Of a DNA stretch of 32,000 nucleotides, positions 1-9,456 are shown in pieces; the stretch's first letter is position 1; each line of letters opens with the position of its first letter. The position numbers and the translations under genes were made by a program. The notes beneath the pieces are model-generated. The model saw nothing but the letters and a program-made list of their open reading frames with translations, was not told the DNA's origin and searched no databases. The stretch covers positions 2,010,001 through 2,042,000 of the forward strand of contig OW818675.1 in assembly GCA_942493095.1 (NCBI GenBank), written 5' to 3'. Source of the stretch: Candidatus Electronema halotolerans. Its GTDB lineage: Bacteria; Desulfobacterota; Desulfobulbia; Desulfobulbales; Desulfobulbaceae.

Positions 1-32
1 AACGCACTGACAGTTCTTTTCTCTCCCGCGAC

Positions 33-83
33 AAAGAACAGGCCGTGATCTTCAAGAAGATCACGGCCTGTTCTTTTTGTTTG
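33..83 (+). terminator. Rho-independent terminator-like hairpin: perfect 21-bp inverted repeat with a 2-nt loop and a T-rich tail
   Basis: aaagaacaggccgtgatcttc (33-53) and gaagatcacggcctgttcttt (56-76) are exact reverse complements, followed by ttgttt. It probably ends a plus-strand gene lying upstream of the window and may act bidirectionally. Confidence 0.6.
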
Positions 84-94
84 CAGCAGCCAGA

Positions 95-128
95 GCATCC
101 TTCGACAGGCTCAGAAGTCGAAGGATGC
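95..128 (-). terminator. 12-bp stem hairpin just downstream of the two-CW gene stop; possible terminator or RNA-stabilising stem with no clear U-tract
   Basis: gcatccttcgac (95-106) pairs with gtcgaaggatgc (117-128) around a 10-nt loop. It lies 5 nt past the stop of the 133..450 minus-strand gene. No T-run follows on the minus strand. Confidence 0.35.
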
Positions 129-132
129 GCGG

Positions 133-450
133 TTATTTCCGGCTTTTCATCTCCTTGAGAATCATCAGCCCGACTTTGAACTTGGGTTCCTCCTCCTTTT
201 TCACGACTTTGTAAAAATCACACTTCTGGCAGTCCGCGCAGAATTTTTCCGAATATGATCCCTGCACGACTGCGCCCTTGCAGAGAGTCCCCTGAATCAC
301 CCAGCAGCAGCGGCCTCCATTCTTGCCGTCATGAATGCCGTCCGCCTTCTGCTCTTCAGCAGCAGGACAGATGCCAAACTCATGCGCCCGTTCTCCTCCT
401 GGTTCCCGTCCGCAGTTTTTGACTTCCCAGCAGTTCTTTTTTTCTGTCAT
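133..450 (-). CDS. Small Cys-rich 'two-CW domain' protein (105 aa, 9 Cys)
   Basis: Two Cys-Trp motifs are present: NCWEVKNCGREPGG and GGRCCWVIQGTLCKG. A C-x2-C-x2-C motif (CADCQKCDFY) follows. GGAGGAG lies directly upstream of the ATG at 450. This is the last gene of the chemosensory cluster. Confidence 0.75.
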   Translation of the reverse strand: MTEKKNCWEVKNCGREPGGERAHEFGICPAAEEQKADGIHDGKNGGRCCWVIQGTLCKGAVVQGSYSEKFCADCQKCDFYKVVKKEEEPKFKVGLMILKEMKSRK

Positions 451-513
451 CTCCTCCAGCCCTCTTATTTTTCAGCCCCGCCGTCATGTTATGTTGGCGG
501 CGGAGCATCCATT

Positions 514-1698
514 CTATTCTTCCGCCTTGGACAGCTTGTCAATATAGACGAACTTGATGCTGTCGTCAGACTTTTCTATTTTGGTCAAATAGACTGCATC
601 CAAACCGCGATGATCATCCGGGCTGAATGAGACTGTCACGCCGCCCGGATCATAATCCACCATTGCTTCAAGAGCCTTTTTCAGAGATGCTGAATTGACC
701 GCTCCTTGCACGGAGCTGATCGCCTTGTGCATGACATTGGCGGCAATATAGCCTTCCAAGCTGACAAAGTCGTATTTGCTGCTGTCATTGCCAAGGTCTT
801 CATGGTACTGCTTGACAATCGGCAGCTCATCGCTCCAAGGATCAGGCACCACCTGACTGATATAGACATTGCCGCTTTCCTTGAGGCGGGCGGCCAAGGC
901 GGTCGAGCCAACAAAGGAAAGACTGATCATCGGCACCTTGAAATTCATCTTGTGCCACTGATTGATGGCCAAAGCGCAGGGCCTGCTGGTGCCGACCAAG
1001 ATCACCGCCTCTGCGCCGTTGCCCCGCACCTGCCTGACCCCGCCGCCCACAGAAACCGTGTTGCGCTTATAGTGCGGCACGCTTTTCCAGAACTCGCTCT
1101 GGTCCTCGCCTTCTCCAGGGATGGGCGGCACCGGCGGCACGATTTCAATCCCCTTGACCTTTTCCACCGCCTTCAAGGCGGCAGAGACACCGGCCAGGCC
1201 AAAGGCATCCTTCTGCACAAAAAGGCTGACCTTTTTCACGCCTAAGTCATCATGCAGCCGCCGCATCATGTTTTCCACTTCCGCATCATAGCTGGCCCGC
1301 AGGGCAAAGGAGTAGGGATTGGCCGCCGCATCACTGAGAAACCCGGCTCCGGTGAAGGCTCCAAAAAAAATGGTTTTCTGCTCATTGGCCAAAGGCGCGG
1401 CCACGGCGGAAGTCGGGGTGCCGACGTAGCCGAACAGTGCCTGCACCCCGTCTTGGAGAAAGGCTTCTGTGTTGATGCGGCAGCGGTCCGGCTCATAGCC
1501 GTCGTCTTTGCTGATCAGGATGACATCATCCGCCGCATGATGGTCAAAATAAGCTTTGCCGCCTTGGCGCATTTCTATGCCAAGAAAGGCGGTCGGGCCG
1601 GTCAGGGCGCAGGACTGGCCCAAGGTGACTGCCGCAGAACTTGTCTCCGGCAAGATCAGCACGCAGGTCAGCAGGAGTATCCATCGCATCTGTTTCAT
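514..1698 (-). CDS. Periplasmic substrate-binding protein, type 1 PBP fold (LivJ / branched-chain amino-acid-binding-like), with no adjacent ABC permease or ATPase
   Basis: It has an N-terminal signal peptide (MKQMRWILLLTCVLILPETSSAAV). Length and sequence pattern resemble Leu/Ile/Val-type binding proteins (GQSCALTGPTAFLG, FGYVGTPT). AAGGA is upstream of the ATG at 1698. The gap to the MCP stop is 29 nt. Confidence 0.8.
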   Translation of the reverse strand: MKQMRWILLLTCVLILPETSSAAVTLGQSCALTGPTAFLGIEMRQGGKAYFDHHAADDVILISKDDGYEPDRCRINTEAFLQDGVQALFGYVGTPTSAVAAPLANEQKTIFFGAFTGAGFLSDAAANPYSFALRASYDAEVENMMRRLHDDLGVKKVSLFVQKDAFGLAGVSAALKAVEKVKGIEIVPPVPPIPGEGEDQSEFWKSVPHYKRNTVSVGGGVRQVRGNGAEAVILVGTSRPCALAINQWHKMNFKVPMISLSFVGSTALAARLKESGNVYISQVVPDPWSDELPIVKQYHEDLGNDSSKYDFVSLEGYIAANVMHKAISSVQGAVNSASLKKALEAMVDYDPGGVTVSFSPDDHRGLDAVYLTKIEKSDDSIKFVYIDKLSKAEE

Positions 1699-1727
1699 GA
1701 CTCATTCCTTTGTCTGTTGATCGTGAC

Positions 1728-4700
1728 TCACGCTTTCACGTCAGGCTGCTGGTCGCCTTCAATTTTAAAGGCGGCAACAGATTCGAGCATGTCTTGGCCC
1801 ATTGCCTCCATCTCACGCATTGAAATCGAGGCTCCCATTGTCTCCTGAGCGGTTTCCAAGCTGATTTGCCCAATCTCTTTCATGTTGTCGGCAAGGTCGG
1901 CAGTGGTCTCAGCCTGCACGCTGGAGGCGGTGGCCACACTTTGAATCAGTTGCGCCACTTCGTTGGAGCGGGCCGTGATCTCCTCCAGTTTCTCCAAGGC
2001 GTTCTGGGAGAGCTTGGTGCCTTGGACAACCTCTTGGATGCTCGCGTCCATGCTGACTCCGGCCTCAGTGATCTCGCCGAGAATATTGCGGATCAGGGTT
2101 TCGATCTGGCGGGTGGAGGCAGCGGCCCGCTCGGCCAGCCGCTGAATTTCCTCAGCAACAACAGCGAAGCCGCGTCCCTCCTCGCCAGCCGCAGCCGCCT
2201 GAATGGAGGCATTGAGGGCCAGAATCGAGGTCCGGTCAGAAATCTCGTTGATGGTGCGGGCAAAGTCGCTGATCTCCTGCGAGCTTTCTCCCAGCCGCTT
2301 GATGGCGCGGGCCGTGTTCTGGACGTTGCTGCGGATGGACTCCATGGAATGACTGGTTTCCCGCACCGCGACCGCGCCTTCCTCAGCAACATGGCTGGAA
2401 GCGGCAGAGGATTCAGCAGACTGGCCCGCCTGCTTTGCCGCCTTTTTGATTTCCTCAGTCAGGACGCTGATTTTGTCAACCGCCTCTGTGACCATCTTGG
2501 ACTGACTGCTGTTCTGATCAGCCAGCTCGGCGGTTGATTCACTGAGCACGTTGGCGGTCATGCCGACCTGCTCGGCAGAATCCTTGATCCGGCGGAAGGC
2601 GCGGCCCAAGTTGTCGAGCATCAGGTTCAGGGAGTCGGCCAAGGTGCCGATAACGTCATCCGTGACTGTGGCCCGGATGGTCAGATCACCGTCAGCCAGC
2701 AGGGTGATTTCCTCCAGAAGCTGAATGATGGAGTTGTTCAGCTTGTCATGCTCGTCCTGACGGCTCTGAATCATGTTCTGAATCGTGCCGGTCATGGTGT
2801 TGAACGAGGAGGCCATGCGGCCCAGCTCGTCCTTGCTGATCACCTTGGCCTCCTGATGATAGTCGCCTTTCTCCACCTTGCTGATGACGCTCATGATCTC
2901 ATCCGCCTGCCGGGTCATGCCGCCTGCCACCCAGAGACTGACGCCGACAATGAAGGCTGTGGCAAGCAGCGCGGTCAGGCCGATCCAGTACATCAGCCGT
3001 GTGACAGGCTTATGCACTGCATCGTAATTTGCCTCGCTGATGATCGCCCACTTCAGGTCCTTGTACTGAAACGGCGCCCAAGAAGAAAGCACTTTCTCAT
3101 CCGCGCCGTTGACGATGATGCTTGTATCGTCCTTGCCTTTCAGAGCCTCCTGCACCGCAACAGTGCGCAACTTGGCCTTGGGATTGAGCAGCGTGCTGCT
3201 CACACCGTATTTTTTCGCATCTGCGGCCTCGGAACGCCACAGGCCGTCTTCACCGATCAAATAGGTGTCAGTGAGCACCACATCTTGCTGCCGATGGGCT
3301 GACTCCTTTTCAAACTGCCTGCGGATGTTCATCACCGCATTGATCTGGTCAATGGGGATCTGCAAGGCGGCGATCATGATCACCTGGCCTTTGTCATCCA
3401 TGATCGGCGCGGCGACAAAGGCTGCTGGTTTGCCGCCCGCAGGCTCGTAGAGGCTGTAGTCGCTGACTGCTATTTCCTTGCTTTCCAAGACCTTGACCAC
3501 AGTGCCTGAAAAGCCTGATCCAGCAAACGGGCCGGTGAGAATATTGGTGAGATAATCAGGCTGATGCTTGGCCGAGAAGAAGATGTAGCCATCAGGATTG
3601 AGCAGATACAGATCAGGAAATCCATAATCTGCGACAAGCTGGGTCAGATGATTCTCCTGCTCCTCGCCTTTCAGCTTGGGCGCCATTGCGTCAGCCTGAT
3701 CGATCTCAACCAGCAGCACCCAAGTGGTGCCGTGGATTTCCACGGCAGTGTAGGAGGAAAGGACGTAGTCGCCCCGGTAATTGATGGTGGTCTCCTCGCC
3801 GCTCTCGCCAGCCAAGGCATAGACCACGCTTTCCGTGTCAACAAGAAAGGCCGGGTTGGCCAAGGTCGGCTCCTCAAAATAGACGGAGTTGGAACGGAAC
3901 ATGCCATCCACGCCAACCATGTACGACTCGCCGCTCTCGCCAAGACCGGGCGTGTTTTTCATGATGCTGTCCAAGGCATCGCTTTTCAGCCGGAAGAGAA
4001 ACACGCCGACCAGCTGGCCTTCGTTGAACAGCGGCGAGGAAAAATAGGAGACAGGGGTTTCCTGAAAAAAGGAGGACAGGCCATAATCTGTAAAGGCGGC
4101 CTCCTGCTTTCCTTTTTGCAGCGCATTCCATTCAGGAGAGTTTTCCTGAGCAGCACTGCCCTGCTCCACTTTCTTGTCAGTGGAGTAGAGCACGGTTCCT
4201 TCAGGACTGAGCAGGACAAGGGAGAAAAAATCACGTTTGTCAAGCCATTGGCTCATGAAGTCCGTAAAGGAGGCGGTCAGGCCTGCGGCAGAATTCCTGA
4301 GAAAATCCTTAAAAACAACCTGCTGCTGAGGGCTGCTGCTGAAGGCCTGCACATCCTGAAGGCGGCTGTTGAAATAATCAACAATCTGCTTTTTCTGCAT
4401 GTCACGGATTGCAGCCAGCCGTGTGTAGGCCTCCTGCTGGAGCACCTGCATGGTGTCGGCGATGTTGTCCAGCGTTTTGGTCTGATCAGTGAAATACTGT
4501 TGCAGGGCCTGCTTCTGAAAGGCCAAGGTGGTTTCCAAGTTTTCAAAGGACTGCTGCCGCAAGGCCCAAGCAGAGTACCACCAGCTCAAACCGGCGATGA
4601 CGACCATTGCCAAAGAAATCAGCAGGAGCGAGGAGAGCAGTTTGCCTCTGATGCTCTGTTTCCAGTCAGTGAGCAGGCCGCGCCGTCCTGTCATCCACGC

Positions 4701-4736
4701 TGGTTTTCTTAGTTTCTTCTTCCACTCACGTGCCAT
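1728..4736 (-). CDS. Methyl-accepting chemotaxis protein with a periplasmic sensor of about 520 aa (tandem Cache-like modules), HAMP and MCP signalling domain
   Basis: TM1 is at about aa 33-56 and TM2 at about aa 583-606. The invariant MCP hairpin-tip motif is present: [44 protein letters not shown] lies upstream of the ATG at 4736. Confidence 0.95.
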   Translation of the reverse strand: MAREWKKKLRKPAWMTGRRGLLTDWKQSIRGKLLSSLLLISLAMVVIAGLSWWYSAWALRQQSFENLETTLAFQKQALQQYFTDQTKTLDNIADTMQVLQQEAYTRLAAIRDMQKKQIVDYFNSRLQDVQAFSSSPQQQVVFKDFLRNSAAGLTASFTDFMSQWLDKRDFFSLVLLSPEGTVLYSTDKKVEQGSAAQENSPEWNALQKGKQEAAFTDYGLSSFFQETPVSYFSSPLFNEGQLVGVFLFRLKSDALDSIMKNTPGLGESGESYMVGVDGMFRSNSVYFEEPTLANPAFLVDTESVVYALAGESGEETTINYRGDYVLSSYTAVEIHGTTWVLLVEIDQADAMAPKLKGEEQENHLTQLVADYGFPDLYLLNPDGYIFFSAKHQPDYLTNILTGPFAGSGFSGTVVKVLESKEIAVSDYSLYEPAGGKPAAFVAAPIMDDKGQVIMIAALQIPIDQINAVMNIRRQFEKESAHRQQDVVLTDTYLIGEDGLWRSEAADAKKYGVSSTLLNPKAKLRTVAVQEALKGKDDTSIIVNGADEKVLSSWAPFQYKDLKWAIISEANYDAVHKPVTRLMYWIGLTALLATAFIVGVSLWVAGGMTRQADEIMSVISKVEKGDYHQEAKVISKDELGRMASSFNTMTGTIQNMIQSRQDEHDKLNNSIIQLLEEITLLADGDLTIRATVTDDVIGTLADSLNLMLDNLGRAFRRIKDSAEQVGMTANVLSESTAELADQNSSQSKMVTEAVDKISVLTEEIKKAAKQAGQSAESSAASSHVAEEGAVAVRETSHSMESIRSNVQNTARAIKRLGESSQEISDFARTINEISDRTSILALNASIQAAAAGEEGRGFAVVAEEIQRLAERAAASTRQIETLIRNILGEITEAGVSMDASIQEVVQGTKLSQNALEKLEEITARSNEVAQLIQSVATASSVQAETTADLADNMKEIGQISLETAQETMGASISMREMEAMGQDMLESVAAFKIEGDQQPDVKA

Positions 4737-4785
4737 GTTCTCTCCTTTGAAACAAGAAAATTGCCTGAAACAGGCTGTCAGACCT

Positions 4786-5298
4786 TCAAACCGCTGCTGG
4801 CGCGCAGAGCGCCGGACGCAGATCAGGCAGGATCAGCAGCCTGTTCTCATGCGTGAATATGCCTTTGATCAAAGCAAGATTCATGCCAGTTTGCTCCGCC
4901 GCCACAGGCTGGCAGTCAGCAGATGCCTCGCCTGCGCTGATGCGGTCGGAAACTTTGAGGACGCAGCGCAGCAGCAGCTTGTCCTCCTGCGCAGCATCCT
5001 TGCTTTCTGCTGGCAGAATCACCCGCACCACCATGTGAAAATGCCGGTCAGCCGCACAAGTCAGGCCGTACAGGCTGACCATGTCAATGACCGGCAGCAC
5101 CTGCCGCCGCCATGCGCACAACCCGGAGAGCCAGTCCGGGGCAAAGGGCAGCGGCTGCACCTTGACTTCCGGCAGCACCTCCTCAATCTGACGGGCGGCA
5201 AAAAGAAAAAACGGTTCCTTGTCAAGAAGCTGCGCGCCGGGCAGGGCAACCAGCACGGTTCTCAGGGCAAAACGGGACGTTTTTTTCTTATTCGGCAT
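4786..5298 (-). CDS. CheW-like coupling protein
   Basis: CheW-domain pattern [48 protein letters not shown]. The ORF track begins at a GTG at 5301. The ATG at 5298 is preceded by AAGGGGG with a 5-nt spacer. It overlaps the upstream gene's stop at 5288, which suggests translational coupling. Confidence 0.85.
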   Translation of the reverse strand: MPNKKKTSRFALRTVLVALPGAQLLDKEPFFLFAARQIEEVLPEVKVQPLPFAPDWLSGLCAWRRQVLPVIDMVSLYGLTCAADRHFHMVVRVILPAESKDAAQEDKLLLRCVLKVSDRISAGEASADCQPVAAEQTGMNLALIKGIFTHENRLLILPDLRPALCAPAAV

Positions 5299-6166
5299 CA
5301 CTGCCCCCTTGCTTTTTGCGGCTCATGGTCTCCTTGCAACGGAGAACAATCTGCTCCATCAGGTATTCAATCACATTTTTATTCAGGCCCTTGCGTTTGA
5401 TCATGCCTGCCAGCTCAGAGGGCAGCTGCTCCACGCCAAGATGCAGCTCCTGCCCCCTGCGGCTCTGCTTAAAGCGGGTGACAGTCCAGCTCATCACCTG
5501 TTTAAAGGTTTCCTCGTCAATAGCGGCGGATTCCTTTTTCTGCGCTTCTTGGCCTGGCGGCGGTTGTTCCGGTTCATCGGCCTTGGCAGAATTGGCAGAT
5601 TCCGCCAAGGCATTCTCCAAGAAAAACGGCATTGCCGCCTGCGGCTCAGAGGGCGCGTCCTCCGCCTCTTCCTCCTCTGTTTCTGGAAAAAACGGATCAT
5701 CCTCTTCTGGTTCCGGCACTGCGGCCTGAGCATCCGCTCTTTCTTTCGCAGGCGACCGCACACCGATATTTTGTCCTAATTCTAAAGCGGTGGCAACAAG
5801 TTGCGTCGGCTCAAGGAGCAAAACTGGCAGTTCCTCCCAAATTGTCACCTGCGGGCAGAGTCTGGCAGTCAAGGCCGGGCAGGCTGACGGCAGCGGGCCG
5901 GGCGGATTGCTCATTTCCACCTCATCAGCGGCAAGACGGTCTGCGATGAGAAAGACGCGCTCCTCTCCATTCCGCAGCTCAAGACAGACCGCCTCATCTG
6001 GAACTGCCTGAGCAGCCTGCTGGGACAGAAGAGCATCAAGCTGAAAAATCAGGCCTTTTTGTTCCGTCTGCGCCGCTGTCTCAGCCCAAGTGCGGCGGGC
6101 AATGACATTGTCGCAGTCGATGCCAAGCAGAAACGGGCCGCCTTGAACTATGCACACTTTTTTCAT
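5288..6166 (-). CDS. Hypothetical chemosensory-cluster protein: degenerate CheW-like N-terminus, acidic linker and an uncharacterised basic C-terminal domain
   Basis: The N-terminal ~125 aa have a CheW-like layout (FLLGIDCDNVIARR ... VTIWEELPVLLLEP). A linker PEPEEDDPFFPETEEEEAEDAPSEP follows, then a C-terminal ~80 aa with no motif I recognise. It overlaps the next CheW gene. Confidence 0.6.
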   Translation of the reverse strand: MKKVCIVQGGPFLLGIDCDNVIARRTWAETAAQTEQKGLIFQLDALLSQQAAQAVPDEAVCLELRNGEERVFLIADRLAADEVEMSNPPGPLPSACPALTARLCPQVTIWEELPVLLLEPTQLVATALELGQNIGVRSPAKERADAQAAVPEPEEDDPFFPETEEEEAEDAPSEPQAAMPFFLENALAESANSAKADEPEQPPPGQEAQKKESAAIDEETFKQVMSWTVTRFKQSRRGQELHLGVEQLPSELAGMIKRKGLNKNVIEYLMEQIVLRCKETMSRKKQGGSDAE

Positions 6167-6270
6167 GGAGTCTTTCGCATTCCGATTGACTTCTCAGGCA
6201 TCGGGCAGCTCTCTCAGCTCTTCGGCGGAAATAGAGCTATATCACGTTTATGCCGTTCGCCTGATGTTAA

Positions 6271-6286
6271 GGGAACCTCGAAAAAT
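6271..6286. repeat. IS5-family left terminal inverted repeat
   Basis: Matches the reverse complement of 7560-7575 at 14 of 16 positions. Confidence 0.85.
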
Positions 6287-6431
6287 TTGAGATAAAGTTT
6301 TTTCAGCTTATCAATAGTGTCTTTGACAGTTGAAAATTTCAAATACATAAATTGTTATTTCCTGTTTTTTATTTATTTTGAGCAAACTTCCGTTGAAATA
6401 TGTTCCTGAATGCGTTTCTTTTTTTTAAATC

Positions 6432-7445
6432 TTAAATTTTATTAAGAGTTCCGTACCTGTCAATATTGAACGTCAAGTTTCTCAAGCCTATTTTCGCAGC
6501 AGCGCGAATGAAACCTGTTCCTCGGAGAATCATATTGCCAGCACGTTGCGCCTGGATGCCGAAGACGTGTTCAATCCGGGAGCGAATTTTTGATCTTGTC
6601 CGATTTCCCTGCTTCTCCCATTCGGTCAGTTTCCGGCTTCGTGTTCCTTTGCGGTTCAGATGCTCTCTGTATCCATTCTCGTTCAACCAGTTGAGCTTTT
6701 TTTCAGATCTGTATGCCGAATCCGCATAGATATCCCGACTGGTGTTGTCAGGGTCAAGCAGCTCCTCAAAAATATTGCTGTCATGAACCTCGGCGCTGGT
6801 CACCGCATATTTTCGGATGAATTTATGCTTCACATCAACAGATATATGATTTTTATAACCAAAAAAGCTTCTGCCGTTCTTTTTGGTCCAACGGGCATCA
6901 GTATCCTTCTGCGCCTGCTTATTCTCACTCCATCCTTCAGGCTGTTCACCATTCTTGATCTGCTTGTTTTCCTTGCGGCTGTTACGCTGGATCGGGGCGT
7001 TGACTATGGAAGCGTCGACTATCTGCCCTTTTCTGGCTTGATATCCATTTTCATCAAGAAATTCGTCAAAAACAGAAAACAGTTCCTCGATTTTTCCTGC
7101 TTTGGTCAAAGTTTCACGAAAAAGCCATATCGTTGTCGCATCTGGAACTTTGTCAGCCGCCCGAAGTCCAAGGAATCTGGAAAACGAATATCTGTCAAGA
7201 ATTTGATATTCCATCCCTTTATCAGAAAGATTGTATAATGATTGCAAAATTAAAATTTTGAACATCATGACTGAATCATAACCTTTAGCTCCAGCATTTG
7301 ATTTCACAGGCTTTCTTTTTGCTTCTTCAAGAATTGGCCGAAATATTTCCCAGTCAATAGCCTTGTTGATCTTAACTAAAGGATCACCTGCTTTGTCAAT
7401 TCGGGAAAGACGAATATAAAAATCAAAAAATCCAAGTTGGTTCAT
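6432..7445 (-). CDS. IS5-family DDE transposase (337 aa, apparently intact)
   Basis: Its architecture is collinear with E. coli IS5 InsH: an N-terminal DUF772-like part (YDSVMMFKILILQSLYNLSDKGMEYQILDRYSFSRFLGL) and a DDE core (IVDASIV ... FGYKNHISVD ... YADSAYRS ... RSRIEHVFG). Confidence 0.92.
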   Translation of the reverse strand: MNQLGFFDFYIRLSRIDKAGDPLVKINKAIDWEIFRPILEEAKRKPVKSNAGAKGYDSVMMFKILILQSLYNLSDKGMEYQILDRYSFSRFLGLRAADKVPDATTIWLFRETLTKAGKIEELFSVFDEFLDENGYQARKGQIVDASIVNAPIQRNSRKENKQIKNGEQPEGWSENKQAQKDTDARWTKKNGRSFFGYKNHISVDVKHKFIRKYAVTSAEVHDSNIFEELLDPDNTSRDIYADSAYRSEKKLNWLNENGYREHLNRKGTRSRKLTEWEKQGNRTRSKIRSRIEHVFGIQAQRAGNMILRGTGFIRAAAKIGLRNLTFNIDRYGTLNKI

Positions 7446-7909
7446 CTGTGCATCTCCGGCAGCATGAGTTGAATTGATGCCGAAATTATAACATAATAGA
7501 CTGAAATTTCAATATTAAAATAAAAAATAACAAAACAAATGCAGCAGAATGGATGTTGTATTTTTCGAGGAACCCTTAAGACCACGACTGTGAAAACCTT
7601 TAACTTTGGATGATAGTCTTTTGAATTTCTTACTTTTTCAAGCAAGGAAGCGGAATAATAATACAGAAAACTGTCATAGTGGTCGGTCAGCCGTGCATGT
7701 TGAATATCTACAATGAAACGATGGGCGGAATCCTCGGCAAATAAGTCATTGATGTACCCGACCGGCGGATCAAATTCCTTTTCTGTTTCGACCCGCTCAA
7801 CAACAAGTTCCATTACCAGCAGGTCTCTGATAAAGGTCGAGAAAATTTCTGGGTCAAAAAATGCTTTTTTAAAAACGACTCCATATTGGAGTGAGGCGAC
7901 TCGTTTCAT
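7442..7909 (-). pseudogene. PD-(D/E)XK nuclease family (Rpn / 'putative transposase' PDDEXK_2-like) gene remnant, interrupted by the IS5 element and truncated
   Basis: Native residues are MKRVASLQYGVVFKKAFFDPEIF...DLFAED...FIVDIQHA...FLYYY...VFTVVVL, encoded by 7909 down to 7577. The ORF tail RVPRKIQHPF... is read-through into the IS right end. Removing the IS in silico restores ...VVVLTSGERHKRDIALFPPKS with a stop at 6214. That gives about 130 aa, still much shorter than this family as I recall it (roughly 280-300 aa, not checked). Confidence 0.7.
7560..7575. repeat. IS5-family right terminal inverted repeat
   Basis: Matches the reverse complement of 6271-6286 at 14 of 16 positions. Confidence 0.85.
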
Positions 7910-9456
7910 TTATTTGTAATTCTTTCGATTAAAAAATTACTCATTTCAATAGCCATGCCTTCATTATTTTTTGCAATTTCTATTATTTCTTTCACCTCTT
8001 TATCTGTAATCATTTCAAATTGATATTGACTCGGTGCTAAAGACTTGTTCAAGTCCCCTGGTTCAAACTTATCAAGGTTGTCTCCATAAGTTCTCTTGTT
8101 TATCCTTATAATATCTTGGCCAATATTGCTAAGAAGATAAATAAAAATTTTGTCAATTAAATTTATGCCGAAAATGTTTGGGTAAAAACAATGAAAACAT
8201 GTAAAATTTATAGCATCTGTAAAATTTCTAACTACTTTTACTCTTCCTCTGTTAAACACCCCAAATAATATTGGAGCAGGAGTTCTCCGTTCAATTTTAT
8301 ACCAAGGATTTCTCATTCTCGTAAGGTATCTCTTGTTATACCCACAATCCTCACCGTACTTTATATATTTTTGTATTTCATTGTTGCTCGCATCAGCAAC
8401 ATTTAAACAGTAAACAGGTTTGTCAAAATTGTATATTTCAACAAAGTCTTCTTCAGTAAAAATTGGCTTTCGTATTTGAGAACTTTTTGTTACACATTTA
8501 CAGATATTATCCTTCCCGATTCCCAATTTAATAATTTTCTCCTTTTTAAGAGAGAAAAAACTATTCGCACCTGTTGCAATTCCTCTTGTAAATGAACCGT
8601 AAAATGACAACTTGACAAAACCATAAGGTGTTATACTGGAAGAAAATAATGACATTAAAATTGGTGTCCACTTTTTGTCAGGAGGCAAGTCGGACAGTCC
8701 AATTTTTTTATGATAATAATCATCAATATCTGCAATCTGGTAAAGATTGTCAATAGATTCTATTTTTGTTATCTTAATAGCGTTTCTTTTTTTATCCTTT
8801 TTACAAAGGAGTACGCAGACTGTTGTTGTCGCATCAGGGAATATTTCCTTTTCATTATAAAAAATTACTATTTGTTTCAAAAGGTAATTTTTTGTAAGGA
8901 TTTTTTTTATTTCCCTGCCGTATCCAGTGTTGAAGAATTCAAAAGGCATAATAAAAGCTAAGTTTCCATTTTCATTCAGCTCACTTAGTGCTTTCACAAG
9001 GAAAATTGATGATATGTTAGAATAACCTGCAATTTTTTCGCCAACCTGTTTTTCAATTATTGGCAGTATATTGTGTCTATTAAGAAAATTTTGGAATCGC
9101 AAATATGGAGGGTTGCAAATAACTGCATCATATTTGTTGTTATGATTAGCTTCCAGATAATTACTATTGAAAATTTTTAAATTTGTTTTTCTATTATCTT
9201 TGTCAAGATAAGTAAAAATATTACTATCTATTTCATAACCTACAAATTTAGCAATATAATTAGGTTTCAGACTCATTACTTCATCGTAAAAAATTCCAAG
9301 TCCAAAGGCTGGATCTATAATAGTTTTCGGCTCATCTTTTAAAATCCACTGCGCCATAAGACGGGCTACAGGTGATGGCGTAAAAAATTGACCATAGGTC
9401 TTCCTATGGCGGATAGATGTATTTTTTACATATTCAGATTCACGCATCAATAACAT
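7906..9456 (-). CDS. Type II N6-adenine DNA methyltransferase, gamma class (Eco57I/TaqI-like methylase with a C-terminal target-recognition domain)
   Basis: Motif order is X-I-IV: GQFFTP, IIDPAFGLGIF (FxGxG, AdoMet binding), VICNPPYL (NPPY catalytic). The gene is very AT-rich. It overlaps the upstream R gene by 17 nt and the downstream remnant by an ATGA overlap. Confidence 0.9.
   Translation of the reverse strand: MLLMRESEYVKNTSIRHRKTYGQFFTPSPVARLMAQWILKDEPKTIIDPAFGLGIFYDEVMSLKPNYIAKFVGYEIDSNIFTYLDKDNRKTNLKIFNSNYLEANHNNKYDAVICNPPYLRFQNFLNRHNILPIIEKQVGEKIAGYSNISSIFLVKALSELNENGNLAFIMPFEFFNTGYGREIKKILTKNYLLKQIVIFYNEKEIFPDATTTVCVLLCKKDKKRNAIKITKIESIDNLYQIADIDDYYHKKIGLSDLPPDKKWTPILMSLFSSSITPYGFVKLSFYGSFTRGIATGANSFFSLKKEKIIKLGIGKDNICKCVTKSSQIRKPIFTEEDFVEIYNFDKPVYCLNVADASNNEIQKYIKYGEDCGYNKRYLTRMRNPWYKIERRTPAPILFGVFNRGRVKVVRNFTDAINFTCFHCFYPNIFGINLIDKIFIYLLSNIGQDIIRINKRTYGDNLDKFEPGDLNKSLAPSQYQFEMITDKEVKEIIEIAKNNEGMAIEMSNFLIERITNK

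Larger units (their letters stand above)
6271..7575 (-). mobile_element. Complete IS5-family insertion sequence (1305 bp) with 16-bp terminal inverted repeats and a 4-bp TTAA target-site duplication
   Basis: The left IR is gggaacctcgaaaaat (6271-6286). The reverse complement of the right IR (7560-7575) is gggttcctcgaaaaat, a 14/16 match. TTAA flanks both ends (6267-6270 and 7576-7579) and fits the IS5 YTAR target. A single transposase ORF lies inside. Confidence 0.9.

Noticed and set aside
465-505. Short GC stem (ccgccg / cggcgg) between the SBP stop and the two-CW start, considered as an internal terminator
   Set aside because: The stem is only 6 bp with a 14-nt loop and no U-tract. The genes are 63 nt apart and are probably co-transcribed.
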